Of a stretch of DNA of 64,000 bases, positions 8,710 through 19,512 are shown one piece after another (the first letter of the stretch is position 1; each line of letters starts with the position of its first letter). The notes below the pieces were generated by a model, which saw only the letters and a list, made by a program, of their open reading frames with translations, did not search any database and was not told where the DNA came from. The stretch comes from a virus, in the IMG/VR virus record IMGVR_UViG_3300045988_109366, positions 32,001-96,000 of that record; one strand, given 5' to 3'. The position numbers and the translations under genes were made by a program.

Positions 8710-11700
8710 ATGTCGAGTTGCGTAATTAAAAGAAATAGTAAGGGTAAGATAACCCGTGTCTTGACCCCTTCCGGCGAGGTATCTACCTTGTTCGACAAGA
8801 TAGCGGGTATAGCCGCCGTAAGTGACCTTAATAAGGCCGCTGAGGCTTATATGACTATTTATAACGATAAGTTCAGGTCTAAGTTCGGAGACTGGACGAG
8901 ATCCGTGCCAAGAAATAAGGAGGCCGCCAGATCCATAAGCGCCAGACTTAGCGCCAGCGAGTGGGGGCAACTTATGTCAGCCAAGGTCCTGTCCGCCATA
9001 AGCGACATGGATGCCCCGGCGTTGGCCAGAAACCTTGGGAATAGCGACAGTGTCGTGGCTTATCTTACCTCCGGAGAGGTAGGTGATGTCAATGATATGG
9101 CGGTGGTAGATACATCCACGGTACAGGAGGTGGATCTGGATTCCATAAACGAGGATAATATTGGCGATACGATACTGAAAGAGGCGTCATGGGATGATAT
9201 AAGGGCTATCAGGGAGAATATAGATATTAAGGAGACAGCCCGTATGTTATGGAAGGCCGTGGAAAGCGCTTTTACCGGGCAACGACCTAATATTAGGGTG
9301 AAGGGTGGAAATATAGATGGTGAGATCATATTTTCTGGTAATGTCTTGCCGTTAAATAATATTGAGAATTATACTCCTCCATCTTCAAGACTGGTATATG
9401 ATTCCGGTGAGCCTCGCCTGTTCTTTAGATCGGATGACGGCAAGATACACGACTCTTACGCCAACGCCATAAAAGGATCGTCCGGTGGGCGGGTCGAGGC
9501 CGGGTTCTTGGCCGGCAGTGTCGAGGAGAGCGACGTCCCGTCCGGTACGGCTGACATCTCCTTTGGCTCTTCCTCCATAACCCTCAATAACAGTGAGTCA
9601 TTTATCCCGGTCCTTGGTATTAGCTCAAACTCAGATATAAGTACTCGTGGAGGGTTTATTAATTACCTTATCAAGAAAGGTATGTTGAGTGGGGAACGTA
9701 TAAGACTAGGGGATAGATATTATCTTACTGGAGCCGGCAATTCTGATGGTCTTAAGATCTATAACGCTATGAATGCCTTATCCAGCCTCAGGAATAGGTT
9801 TGGAAGTCAATCCTCTGAGATGAACGTATTGGGTTCTATAGGTTTTGATACGGAGGTAAGTAATGATCTTGATCTTATCACGACATCGGGGGAGAAGGTT
9901 ACGGTAAGCAGACCGGAGATCAAGGGTATGTTAAGGCAAGGTAAGTTCGAGGAGCTTAATAATAAGTATGATGGATTCATGGAGCTAGCCTTGTCGTTGA
10001 TGATGGAGGATAACGCTTTGTACGGGAGTAACGTCCGTGGGGTTATCGAGAATGAGAAGGCGGAAGATCTCCAGAATAGGACTGATATCACCAATATCTT
10101 ATCCACGTTAGGCATCCGTGTGATGGGTATGTCTGAGTATATGGATAAGTATAAGATGCGTAATGGCGTGGATCCTTCGGCTAGGGCCTTGTCTGACATG
10201 GCTAATGGGGTTATCGCTTTGGCTGAGGGGGCTACGGTAGAGGATCTCAATGAGGAGGTGGCTCATTTCTTGATCGATACTTATCGTAACCAGCAGGAGA
10301 TTGATGAGGTGCTGGATTCTGTTGTTGGTACGTCGTTATGGAATCAGTTCGCTGGTCGTTACTATGAGGTGTATGGGAAGGAATACCAAGGAGAGGAGTT
10401 GGATCGGATGGTGAAGCGGGAGATCCTAGGCAAGACGTTGGCCCAGCGGTTCGTGCCGGGCATGGAACAGGCGGTAGAGGATCTGGCCTCGTCTGAGGAC
10501 GCCCAGCTCTCCTTGTTTGGCAGGATGGTACGAGCTATACGTAATTTCTTCTCTAGCCAAAGATCGGATTTAAATAAGGTACTTGATAGGATAAAGGAGT
10601 CGGCGTTAGCTGATGATCCAAGCGCCTTTGACGTGCTTCTGCTAAAGGATAGCAATCATCTCATGTATTCGTTATCGGACGTTGACGTGGCTAATAAGTT
10701 GATCAAGAACGGTAGGTCATTGGAAAGGCTATACACTAGATTGCAGAGGATGAGGTCAAGCCAAAGCCAGAGGATCGGTGAGAGTATCTCCCTTCTTCGT
10801 GATATAGGCGAGAAGGTGAGACAAGTCGGTGGTGAGCTTAATAAAAACAACAACCTGCTATCCACCAAGAGTGTCATAGCGACCGCCAAGGCTGAGGTGG
10901 AGTATTTGGTCACTGTTGCCAGTAGCTTGCGTAAGAGCGACAAGGGACTTGATTATGAGACGATACAGGTTATCGATAACGTGTACGGGGAGATAGTGCC
11001 TTTGATCAGGGATCTTCGTGGATTCGTCAATAATCAGGCGGCGGATTATTATGGCGTCAATAAGGTTGGTATGGTAGAGGATATGGATGATATATTACGT
11101 ATGGCTGAGACATCCATGTCCGATATAAACGCCCTTCGAAGTGATCGTAATGAGGACTGGCTGGATGGACAGCTTCGGATGTTTAATATCCCGGAAAGAT
11201 ATTGGAATGGGATAAAGAAGTTGATAAATAACATCCATAAGGATATCAATGTCATGTCCCGATTCTTTGGCACACTGGAGCATAGTGGTAACGCTATTTT
11301 AGGTATGTTAGGCCAACGTCTAGCCAAGGCCCATAATGAAGCCCATATCGAAGGTATATCTAATATCAATAAGATGACTAGGATGATGAAAGAGCGTGGA
11401 TGGGGGATAAAGGATAATGAGGATCTTATACAGAAGATAAATGGGAAGAACTCGGATTACCTTGACTCGTCCCGTGATTTCGCCAAATACGATTTACTAT
11501 ACAGGACCGAGCAGGCTAAGGCTATTATCGATATATATGATCTTAAGAATGTTACGGGTAAGACCGAGAAACAACTTATCGATCTTCTTCTATCCGATAG
11601 AGGCCTTAAGGTGAAGACCCGTGACGACATAGTAGGATATGACGGGGATAAGCCTATTACGAAGGAGGTATATCATGTATTCAAACCTACCATCCAGAAT

Positions 11701-14700
11701 TTTGATATCTCGGACATGACGTTCGAGGATCAGCAACGATATCTCGACGCGATAAATAGGTGGTTGGATGAGAACCGAGAGAAACCTATGGTGCAGGCTT
11801 ATTACGATAAGATCGAGAAAGTTAATAAGAAGGTCGAGGAAAGACTGGGTCGTAGGGTATCGCAAGCCACGTCCGATTTCATGACCCGTATCCGCAGGAG
11901 CCGGTATGTGGCTATGGATAAGTTCGTGAGGAACGGGAAGGTCGATTGGAAGGCGTTTCAATCCGATCCTATAGCTTGGAGATCTTATCTGGATATTTTA
12001 CGTGATAGGGCTATAGCCAAGAGCGAGTGGTATTCCGATGGGACACCAAAGGAAGAGGGATCCGAGGCTCTGATGATGTCCGAGGAGATCAAGGCATGGG
12101 ACGAGGCGTGGGCCGAGGAGTTCGGGAATACCAACGAGGGTCGTAAGGCTTCCGCCGAGTTCAAGGAGATACTTCGTGGGATAGAGCGGTCCGAGGGCGG
12201 CAAGGCTGCGTTTGAGTTCCTGCTAGCTGGCGGTCATCTTGGTTTCTCTAAGGATATGTGGGGATCCGAGGAGGGTGATTATTACGAGAATCTTGTTGAT
12301 AAGATCACGGAGCAATCTGTATCATCATCAAGGATAGAGAAGGTAGAGGAGGCGATGGCGACAATAAACGAGATCAATGACCAGCTAAGGCCTTTGCTTA
12401 TCCAGTACCGGGATAGCACGAGATACGGGGAATATGATTTCGATAGGTTACGTGGATCCGCCTCATTAAGAAAGATAAACGAGTTATATGATCGTCTGGC
12501 TGAGGCTAAGAGCGTTATTAACGCCACCGCTTCCGCTGAGGCTATTGAGATGGATATGCCTGATACGGTGGAGAGTGGAGTCACGGATTCTTACCGTAAC
12601 GCTTTAAGGGATGCCATGGCATACGACAAGGGTATGGATGAGATTAAATTCGCCAAGGAACATATGTCTGCCAGCTCCCGGAGTCAGGTGGATAGGATGG
12701 CCGCCAAGTTATCTCGGAAAAACCCGTCATGGACGACCGTGGAGGCATCGTTTTTGAGAAGGAAATACGGTCCTGGCTTCAATAATAAGCTAGCTAACGA
12801 CATAGCGATGGGTAAGACTGACAAGATCCTTGTCGAGTACGCCAGGACCCGGCTGTATCCTTATATGAGGAGATACTCTCCCAAGGGATATTCTGATTTC
12901 GTTAGGAAGATAAATAACGGTACGTATAAGGTATCCGAGTTCTTTGATGCCATAGAAAATGGTATATCTAAGGAAGAGAGCGTATCCCGTTTCGGGTTTG
13001 ATATTAATATGATCGATCTGACGATCAATAACCAGTGGCTTGATGAGGCTGACGCCGAGAGTTCTTTCCGTAATCCTAATTATAATCCCGATCTGGGTTA
13101 TGGATATCATACGCCTAGGTTCGATAAGTACAAGAACGAGGCTTTTTTCAAGAAATACGGTATTACCAACGAAGGGGAGGAAGCTACGATCAATAAGGAT
13201 AAGTGGGAGATGAGGAAGGAGCTTCTTAACATAAGCCGTAAGGCTATGGAGGATTATGATGAGCGGTTCAGGAATATCTACCAAATACCACAGATATCCA
13301 AGGGCGGCGTGGAGAGGATGGTGCAGGCCGGGGTTGACCCGAAGGCGGCCATCGGAAACGCCGTACGTGACATCGTTGGCGAGAGGGTGGATGATCCCAT
13401 ACATGGTCAAGGACAAGACCTAGGAGGGCTTGATGAGAACGATAACAAATATCGCATGATCCCCAAGTACTATCTGAGCAAGCTAGAGAATGCCGATGAC
13501 GTGTCCCATGACTTCGCCTACTCCTATTCCATGTTATCCTTACAAGCGACCTCTTACAAGTATAAGAGGGCGGCCTTGGATGATGTCATGGGATACAGGA
13601 ACATGATGCTGGAGACGCAATACGACGGCGGTAAGAACCCAGAGGCCACTCACGCCTATAGAATGTTTCAGGACTGGGTTAACGCCAGTATCTATGACGT
13701 CAGGATAAACAATAAGCGGGCGGAATGGGATATAGGCAATTATAAGGTCGATCTTAATAAGCTGGCTCTTATGTTCACCAAATTTGTGTCCAAATCCAAC
13801 TTAGGCTTCTCCCCGTTCGTGGCGGCTACCGGTGCCCTTACCGGGCAGGCCAACTTCCTTTTGGAAGGTATGGTAGGACAGTACATAAGCAAGGACTCCA
13901 TGAAATACGCTTATGGAGAAGCTCAGAAACAGTTAAGTACGTACGTGTCTGAGATCGGGGACATAAATCGTACCAATAAGTTATATGTTGTCGGTGAGGC
14001 CCTAGGCGTATTCAACGTTCGTAACCGTGTAAGATCGGCGGCATATAACAAGATCTGGAGAACCTTATTCCGGGACCTGCCGTTTAAGATGATGGAGGTT
14101 CTTAACTCCCCGTTGGACCCGCAGGTCATTATCTCGGTCATGGATGATACCCGCCTATACGAAGGTCAGTTCTGGTCATACTCCAATTTCAAGGAGATGA
14201 TGATGAAGGACAGGAATATGTCCGCTAACGAGGCTAAACGCGATTGGGAGCGTTTAAGGGATTATTCTATGTGGAACATGGTAGATGTCAAGGACGGAAA
14301 GATCGTGGCTAAGAACGAGGCTAACAAGGATATTATAGACCGATATATACCCACCTTGTCCAGTAGGGTCAGGAGCATGGTGCAGATCTGTGACGGCGCC
14401 TTGAACGAGCAGAACCGGGTGGGGGCTAGCCGGAACGCTATCCTTAATATGGTGCTGCCTCACCGTGGATGGTTTATATTGGCCGTACAGCGGGCGTATA
14501 AGAAAGCTGGTTTCAATTTCCAGACCAACCAGTTCGAGGAAGGATATATGAGAACATTATGGAGATTGGCCGGAAATGTCTATGGCTCGATGTCCGAGGG
14601 TAGGATGGGGGAGGCATATGACGTGCTTAAGGAAGAGTATGATAAGCTTACCCCCTACGAGCAGATTAATATCAAGAGATCGATTATCAATATGGCGGTA

Positions 14701-15156
14701 TTCGCCACGATGGTGGCTATAGGACGGGCCTTGATGGGATATAGGGAGGATAATGAGGATAGCTGGTTCGGACAGTTCATTACCTATATAGGATTCAGGA
14801 CGATCAACGAAATCGCTTCCCAGACATCCCCGTTCATGGAGCTTAACGCCATAGACATGCTACAGGATCCGCTGGTCACCGCCCGAAAGTTAGGCGATCT
14901 CACCGATCCCCGGAACTGGGACCCGTTCGCTACCGTCCAGACCGGTGTGTACAAGGGCGAGAGTAAGTTGTGGAGACAGCTCATGAAGTTCTCGTTTGGT
15001 AAGCAATGGTATAATATCAAGACGGCTAGGGATATTAAGCAGACATCCGACTACTGGCTGATGACCAACGGCATGACGATGGGATTCTTCCTAGGTGGTA
15101 GGAATAAGGATGAGTCTGGGGAGGACGCTAATTGGTACTTTGACAGGGGAAGATAA
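8710..15156 (+). CDS. giant (2148 aa) virion-associated protein, function unknown (ejected/polyvalent or tape-measure-like candidate)
   Basis: Uninterrupted 6.4-kb ORF in the tail module. Mostly helical and charged, with several hydrophobic segments in the last ~400 aa. No catalytic motif recognised with certainty. Confidence 0.6.
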   Translation: MSSCVIKRNSKGKITRVLTPSGEVSTLFDKIAGIAAVSDLNKAAEAYMTIYNDKFRSKFGDWTRSVPRNKEAARSISARLSASEWGQLMSAKVLSAISDMDAPALARNLGNSDSVVAYLTSGEVGDVNDMAVVDTSTVQEVDLDSINEDNIGDTILKEASWDDIRAIRENIDIKETARMLWKAVESAFTGQRPNIRVKGGNIDGEIIFSGNVLPLNNIENYTPPSSRLVYDSGEPRLFFRSDDGKIHDSYANAIKGSSGGRVEAGFLAGSVEESDVPSGTADISFGSSSITLNNSESFIPVLGISSNSDISTRGGFINYLIKKGMLSGERIRLGDRYYLTGAGNSDGLKIYNAMNALSSLRNRFGSQSSEMNVLGSIGFDTEVSNDLDLITTSGEKVTVSRPEIKGMLRQGKFEELNNKYDGFMELALSLMMEDNALYGSNVRGVIENEKAEDLQNRTDITNILSTLGIRVMGMSEYMDKYKMRNGVDPSARALSDMANGVIALAEGATVEDLNEEVAHFLIDTYRNQQEIDEVLDSVVGTSLWNQFAGRYYEVYGKEYQGEELDRMVKREILGKTLAQRFVPGMEQAVEDLASSEDAQLSLFGRMVRAIRNFFSSQRSDLNKVLDRIKESALADDPSAFDVLLLKDSNHLMYSLSDVDVANKLIKNGRSLERLYTRLQRMRSSQSQRIGESISLLRDIGEKVRQVGGELNKNNNLLSTKSVIATAKAEVEYLVTVASSLRKSDKGLDYETIQVIDNVYGEIVPLIRDLRGFVNNQAADYYGVNKVGMVEDMDDILRMAETSMSDINALRSDRNEDWLDGQLRMFNIPERYWNGIKKLINNIHKDINVMSRFFGTLEHSGNAILGMLGQRLAKAHNEAHIEGISNINKMTRMMKERGWGIKDNEDLIQKINGKNSDYLDSSRDFAKYDLLYRTEQAKAIIDIYDLKNVTGKTEKQLIDLLLSDRGLKVKTRDDIVGYDGDKPITKEVYHVFKPTIQNFDISDMTFEDQQRYLDAINRWLDENREKPMVQAYYDKIEKVNKKVEERLGRRVSQATSDFMTRIRRSRYVAMDKFVRNGKVDWKAFQSDPIAWRSYLDILRDRAIAKSEWYSDGTPKEEGSEALMMSEEIKAWDEAWAEEFGNTNEGRKASAEFKEILRGIERSEGGKAAFEFLLAGGHLGFSKDMWGSEEGDYYENLVDKITEQSVSSSRIEKVEEAMATINEINDQLRPLLIQYRDSTRYGEYDFDRLRGSASLRKINELYDRLAEAKSVINATASAEAIEMDMPDTVESGVTDSYRNALRDAMAYDKGMDEIKFAKEHMSASSRSQVDRMAAKLSRKNPSWTTVEASFLRRKYGPGFNNKLANDIAMGKTDKILVEYARTRLYPYMRRYSPKGYSDFVRKINNGTYKVSEFFDAIENGISKEESVSRFGFDINMIDLTINNQWLDEADAESSFRNPNYNPDLGYGYHTPRFDKYKNEAFFKKYGITNEGEEATINKDKWEMRKELLNISRKAMEDYDERFRNIYQIPQISKGGVERMVQAGVDPKAAIGNAVRDIVGERVDDPIHGQGQDLGGLDENDNKYRMIPKYYLSKLENADDVSHDFAYSYSMLSLQATSYKYKRAALDDVMGYRNMMLETQYDGGKNPEATHAYRMFQDWVNASIYDVRINNKRAEWDIGNYKVDLNKLALMFTKFVSKSNLGFSPFVAATGALTGQANFLLEGMVGQYISKDSMKYAYGEAQKQLSTYVSEIGDINRTNKLYVVGEALGVFNVRNRVRSAAYNKIWRTLFRDLPFKMMEVLNSPLDPQVIISVMDDTRLYEGQFWSYSNFKEMMMKDRNMSANEAKRDWERLRDYSMWNMVDVKDGKIVAKNEANKDIIDRYIPTLSSRVRSMVQICDGALNEQNRVGASRNAILNMVLPHRGWFILAVQRAYKKAGFNFQTNQFEEGYMRTLWRLAGNVYGSMSEGRMGEAYDVLKEEYDKLTPYEQINIKRSIINMAVFATMVAIGRALMGYREDNEDSWFGQFITYIGFRTINEIASQTSPFMELNAIDMLQDPLVTARKLGDLTDPRNWDPFATVQTGVYKGESKLWRQLMKFSFGKQWYNIKTARDIKQTSDYWLMTNGMTMGFFLGGRNKDESGEDANWYFDRGR

Positions 15157-15178
15157 CTGATATAGTATGACGAAAAAA

Positions 15179-15221
15179 ATAGCCAGTCAATTGTTTAAGA
15201 CAATCAGATTGGCTATTTTTG
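15179..15221 (+). terminator. intrinsic terminator
   Basis: Stem ATAGCCA (15179-15185) / TGGCTAT (15210-15216) followed by a T-run. Confidence 0.5.
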
Positions 15222-15268
15222 TATTCCCATCTATCCATCTCGGACGGATGGGAATAGGTAATTATTTT

Positions 15269-16210
15269 ATGAATACAAATGTAGATCTTTTTCATGATTC
15301 TACGAAGAACAGTAGTGGAATTTTGACGTCCGAATCCAACGAAATGGGATTGTCTACCATTTTTAATTACAATGGAAATAATGTAGCTTTTATTAAGACC
15401 AGTTATGGTATTCTTATTAATGCCACTGATATGGCTCGCCCATATAATAAGAGACCTGTCGACTATTTAAGACAAATATATGTAAATGAATTAGTTAGTA
15501 CAATTGTGAGCCAGACACACATATCTGAGGATCAATTAGTTATAAAAATGAGAGGAAGCTCTGAAAACGGAGGAGGAACATGGTTATATGAGGATGTGGC
15601 TATAGATTTCGCCCAATGGCTTGATGTTAAATTCAAGGTTTGGTGTAATTCTAAAATAAAGGAACTTCTTACTACTGGTTTGGTGAAGCTGCCAAATTTT
15701 AATAATCCTCCGGAAGCAGCAAGAGCATGGGCTGATGAGTATGAGGCTAGGATGAAAGCTGAGAAGGAAGCTAGATTAGCTTTGGAGGCTAAGGAAAAGA
15801 GTGAGAAAGAAAAGAGAATGGTTCAAGCTGAATTAAATACAGCTATAGATACTATAAAGGAGAATGAACCGGTAATTGATATGTTTAAAAGGTCTATTCC
15901 AAGAGAAGGTGTCCTTATCCGTGAATCATCAAAATATTTTGAGCAGTTCGGATATTATATCGGGATAAAGAACATGTATCCGTTATTACAGGAATTGAAA
16001 TACGTTTTTAGGAACGAGAGAGGTAGGATAGAAGCGTATCAATCCGCTCGTAATTCCGGATTGGTTATATATGGATCTGATCCCGGTGATGAATATTGGG
16101 AGGCTAAGGCCGTGACTATTATGATAACATTAAAGGGATTTGTTAAACTGGAAGAATTGTCAAGAAAGAAAAGGAGCGTTTTTGAGAAATATGGTAGGTT
16201 TACGATATGA
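15269..16210 (+). CDS. KilA-N domain / phage antirepressor (ANT, KilAC) protein
   Basis: KilA-N-like segment ILINATDMARPYNKRPVDYLR...GGTWLYEDVAIDFAQWLDVKFKVW. C-terminal ANT-like segment. Start moved to ATG 15269, after the terminator. Confidence 0.7.
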   Translation: MNTNVDLFHDSTKNSSGILTSESNEMGLSTIFNYNGNNVAFIKTSYGILINATDMARPYNKRPVDYLRQIYVNELVSTIVSQTHISEDQLVIKMRGSSENGGGTWLYEDVAIDFAQWLDVKFKVWCNSKIKELLTTGLVKLPNFNNPPEAARAWADEYEARMKAEKEARLALEAKEKSEKEKRMVQAELNTAIDTIKENEPVIDMFKRSIPREGVLIRESSKYFEQFGYYIGIKNMYPLLQELKYVFRNERGRIEAYQSARNSGLVIYGSDPGDEYWEAKAVTIMITLKGFVKLEELSRKKRSVFEKYGRFTI

Positions 16211-16455
16211 TGCCCCTCACTGTAATCATTCTGATAAAGGCAAGGCTATTAGAGCGCTTACTGGTGATAATAGATATTGATTATAAAGTTTTTGCCCAAA
16301 ATGGTAAAAACCCTACTGAGGGAAGATCAACAATTGTATATATGATAACTGCATTTTGTATGGGATGTTTGATAACGAGGAAAGAAAGATGAGTATAAAT
16401 AAATAGTTATACTATTGATGCTTAATGTAATCCAAAAATGGATTTACATAATAAT

Positions 16456-16493
16456 AGAAGGATAGGATATTATCATCCTATCCTTCTTATTTT
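16456..16493. terminator. bidirectional terminator between convergent modules
   Basis: Perfect 13-bp inverted repeat AGAAGGATAGGAT / ATCCTATCCTTCT, T-rich on both sides. Lies at the plus/minus strand switch. Confidence 0.7.
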
Positions 16494-16515
16494 CGTTATC
16501 AGTCTTTATATTTAT

Positions 16516-17025
16516 TCACAAAATCATCCACATCCATATACTCACACCCGAAGTTCTCTGCCGTCTTCTTGTCGGAGTCGGAGAACTGCCCTTACTTTCC
16601 CGTTCATCATCAACCCTCTCCACTTTAATTGTTCCCATATCACCTGAAGGTAACGTAATACCGCTATACACGTTATTCCAGTTCTCGTCAATGGCCAACT
16701 GATGTAATATCGACCTATATATCTGGTAGGTGTTACCGATAAGTCTCTTCCTATTTATCTTATCCTTACTACCCCCATCATATCCTATATGCTCATAATC
16801 CCCAAGATCAGGGAACAGTCTTCTTCTTATCGCTCGTGAGTTATTGACTATAAAGCTTCTTATCCCCAGCGTTTCCGCTCTATCCATATCATTTATCAAC
16901 GTATCTGTCGTATGTTGTAGGTCCATGTCGCCAGCGGCGAATCTACTGATGTCTTCCACGCATTGGGATATCAACATTAGCTGCTCCCTTGTCAACGTTA
17001 TTTTATAAAGTTGTTTATTATCCAT
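16516..17025 (-). CDS. hypothetical protein
   Basis: 169-codon ORF. Last gene of the minus-strand block. Confidence 0.6.
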   Translation of the reverse strand: MDNKQLYKITLTREQLMLISQCVEDISRFAAGDMDLQHTTDTLINDMDRAETLGIRSFIVNNSRAIRRRLFPDLGDYEHIGYDGGSKDKINRKRLIGNTYQIYRSILHQLAIDENWNNVYSGITLPSGDMGTIKVERVDDERESKGSSPTPTRRRQRTSGVSIWMWMIL

Positions 17026-17254
17026 GATTATCTGATATTAATTTTTCTTTTATATGTTTAGATATATCAATTATCTCATCTTTTATATTGCAATCATCTT
17101 TTAATAATGAACCAAATATACATGATATGGCGCTCTTTAGGCCTAGCGCTATCCCTATCTCCAATATTTTTTTATCGGTATTAGAGATGTCTATAGGTTC
17201 ATATAATATTGATGATATGCTGTTAATTACATATATCACATCATTTTCATTCAT
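17018..17254 (-). CDS. hypothetical protein
   Basis: 78-codon ORF overlapping the downstream gene by 8 nt. Confidence 0.5.
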   Translation of the reverse strand: MNENDVIYVINSISSILYEPIDISNTDKKILEIGIALGLKSAISCIFGSLLKDDCNIKDEIIDISKHIKEKLISDNHG

Positions 17255-17441
17255 TGATGTAGATTTATCGACAATAGCTATAAAATCTTTTATAACCGCA
17301 ATATAAGCTATTTTTATTTCTTTTATCGTATCATCGCTTAGATGCCTATCCTTTATATGTCTTTCAACATACCGGTTTACTAAATTTCTATTTTGTTTGA
17401 TTTGCTCATTTTATTTTTGTCTTTTGCATATTTCATATCAT

Positions 17442-17597
17442 TTACGTCGTTAATTTTATTATCAGTATAGTAAAGATGAATATCACATATATTATAGATA
17501 TCCAAGTCATTACACTTACCATAATTCCTATATTCCTAGGTATAGGATCTATTCTCCTGAATGTCAGGATCATGAATATAAATGTCTTGAAGTTCAT
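17442..17597 (-). CDS. small membrane protein (51 aa)
   Basis: Below the ORF-track cutoff. Its ATG overlaps the TGA of 17594-18124 (ATGA). Two hydrophobic segments. Confidence 0.3.
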   Translation of the reverse strand: MNFKTFIFMILTFRRIDPIPRNIGIMVSVMTWISIIYVIFIFTILIIKLTT

Positions 17598-18124
17598 AAT
17601 TTATTATATTTTTCTATATAGTTAACTATAAAATCTTTAACTCCTTTTGGGGCATCTGTTAGTTTAAGTTTTCCTTGGAATATATCCTTGCCGTACTCGT
17701 CCATGATCTCCCCGAACGAAGGATTCATGACTCTTGTTGACATGCATATCGGTTGATCGGTATCGAATTTGAGGACAATCGTTTTTCCGCTGTTTATCAC
17801 CTTTTTTAAAGCCACGTAAAGTTTTCGGCCTTTTATTATATCACAATTCCCTTTTAGGATATTGGACATATGTATAACATGCTCTTTCTTGATACGGGGA
17901 GCTTGCTTCCTAGGACTTGTGTTATTTATATAAACAATATCCCCTCCATTTAACTTCCATTTATCGAAACATGACAAACATATACCGTAATCCGCCCATT
18001 TTCTTATTCTAGGCAACATCCGTTTACTTCCTGCCGGCATCTTTTTCCCGCAGCATTTGCATTCCCAATCTTTGATGGTCCTGAACTCTGCGTAATCATC
18101 TATCGAATATTTTCTTTTAACCAT
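17594..18124 (-). CDS. hypothetical protein with N-terminal Cys4 zinc ribbon
   Basis: CKCCGK...CLSC motif. Confidence 0.6.
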   Translation of the reverse strand: MVKRKYSIDDYAEFRTIKDWECKCCGKKMPAGSKRMLPRIRKWADYGICLSCFDKWKLNGGDIVYINNTSPRKQAPRIKKEHVIHMSNILKGNCDIIKGRKLYVALKKVINSGKTIVLKFDTDQPICMSTRVMNPSFGEIMDEYGKDIFQGKLKLTDAPKGVKDFIVNYIEKYNKL

Positions 18125-18570
18125 TCACCTGATTTTAATTTTCTTTTTCTATTTTCAAAATTATCATCACCATAATCATAATTAGGACAAGCTTTGTTGC
18201 TTGGTCGTCTAACATAAGTCTTTTGCTTCCTGTTATATTTACTGTTAGGATTTATATAATGGTCACACACTTGCCAAATAGAGCAACATACTTTCCCGTA
18301 TCTTTTCGCCCACTCCTGATCATGTAGATGTATACAAGTGGCGCAAGTCGGATTCTTAAGCTTATCCTTGTTATCATCTATGATCTTATTGACCCGATCA
18401 AGAATAACATGCATTTTTTCAATATTTATGACGTTAAATGCATCTGGTATTGGAAGATATGTCATCGAGCTTATATCTATGTCCATTTCCTTAGACTTAT
18501 CGTAAGCCGATTTGTATTTCCTTATCATCAAATCCTTTAATTGATTTACTTTTCTCTCGTAAGTCCCCAT
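18100..18570 (-). CDS. hypothetical Cys-rich protein
   Basis: 156-codon ORF with several CxxC-like pairs. Confidence 0.6.
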   Translation of the reverse strand: MGTYERKVNQLKDLMIRKYKSAYDKSKEMDIDISSMTYLPIPDAFNVINIEKMHVILDRVNKIIDDNKDKLKNPTCATCIHLHDQEWAKRYGKVCCSIWQVCDHYINPNSKYNRKQKTYVRRPSNKACPNYDYGDDNFENRKRKLKSGEWLKENIR

Positions 18571-18573
18571 ATT

Positions 18574-18837
18574 TCATTCAGTTTTCCATCCTTGTTTCTT
18601 CAATAGATCCACCATCATCCCCTTTATCTTAGGACTGATAGCCTCGGTAAGTATATCAGCGGCTAAGTTGATAGAGAAGTTTGTCATTCTAGATTCCCCT
18701 ATATACTTCTCGCTGGTAACTTCCTTTACATAGTCATGGATATCCTTGATCATCTCATTTTGAGATTTCAGGAGATCCAGTATCTCATCAATCTTATCAT
18801 CCATTTTTCTCAAATACACCTGACAATAACCAGACAA
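18574..18837 (-). CDS. hypothetical protein
   Basis: 87-codon ORF on the coding strand. Confidence 0.55.
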   Translation of the reverse strand: MSGYCQVYLRKMDDKIDEILDLLKSQNEMIKDIHDYVKEVTSEKYIGESRMTNFSINLAADILTEAISPKIKGMMVDLLKKQGWKTE

Positions 18838-18906
18838 TCACTATCAGAAAGAAAAATAGCCCAAGCGCCTCATCCGGGTAATCATGTATAGCTTCTAAAA
18901 TTTCCC

Positions 18907-19488
18907 TCATAACTTAACATCCATTTTGTTGATTATCTTATAAAATATATCCCTAGTCAGCTCAATATCATAAGTAGCGTCATGGAGTTTATCCTCATTA
19001 ATCTCAATACCCATAGTCCTGGCCACGGTCATCAACTTAAAGTTCTCCATATCGTTCCTTACGCCCATCAGGAATGGTGTTACCATAACATACACATCCA
19101 TGCAATTAGGATAGAACCATGATCCAAAATACTTATCCCCACATTGCTGGGATAAAGCCCGTAGGAAGCTGTTATCGAATCCAGCGTTGTTATACCCCAC
19201 TAAATACATTTTATCCCTCTTATCGAACTTATTCACGTATTTGGATAATATACCAACTAACTGCCTGTATCCGTCTTCCATAGGCTGATAAGACTGCACT
19301 TGCTCCAAGGTAACGCCGGCCACGTCCAGCGCCTCCTGCTCTATCGTGGCGGCAGGGTTCGGGGCTGGGCGGATGTCGAACCTCTCGACATCCTGCCCGT
19401 CGATATCCACGATCCCTCCTATTTGGTGTATCCCGTTTCTCCAGAACTTAACCCCGGTTGTCTCTAAATCGAAAAATAGTAATTTCAT
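18907..19488 (-). CDS. DnaQ-like 3'-5' exonuclease (DEDDh)
   Basis: ExoI FFDLETTG, ExoII YNNAGFDNSFL, ExoIII HDATYDIELT. Confidence 0.85.
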   Translation of the reverse strand: MKLLFFDLETTGVKFWRNGIHQIGGIVDIDGQDVERFDIRPAPNPAATIEQEALDVAGVTLEQVQSYQPMEDGYRQLVGILSKYVNKFDKRDKMYLVGYNNAGFDNSFLRALSQQCGDKYFGSWFYPNCMDVYVMVTPFLMGVRNDMENFKLMTVARTMGIEINEDKLHDATYDIELTRDIFYKIINKMDVKL

Positions 19489-19512
19489 ATCTATTGATTT
19501 TTAAAATGTTCC

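Noticed and set aside
15167-15268. N-terminal 34 codons of the tracked ORF 15167-16210.
   Set aside because: This part covers the terminator hairpin of the giant gene. The KilA-N homology begins after ATG 15269.
16207-16392. 61-codon plus-strand ORF after the KilA-N/ANT gene.
   Set aside because: There is no supporting motif. The sequence is hydrophobic and low-complexity and ends just before the bidirectional terminator. Cannot be supported or excluded.
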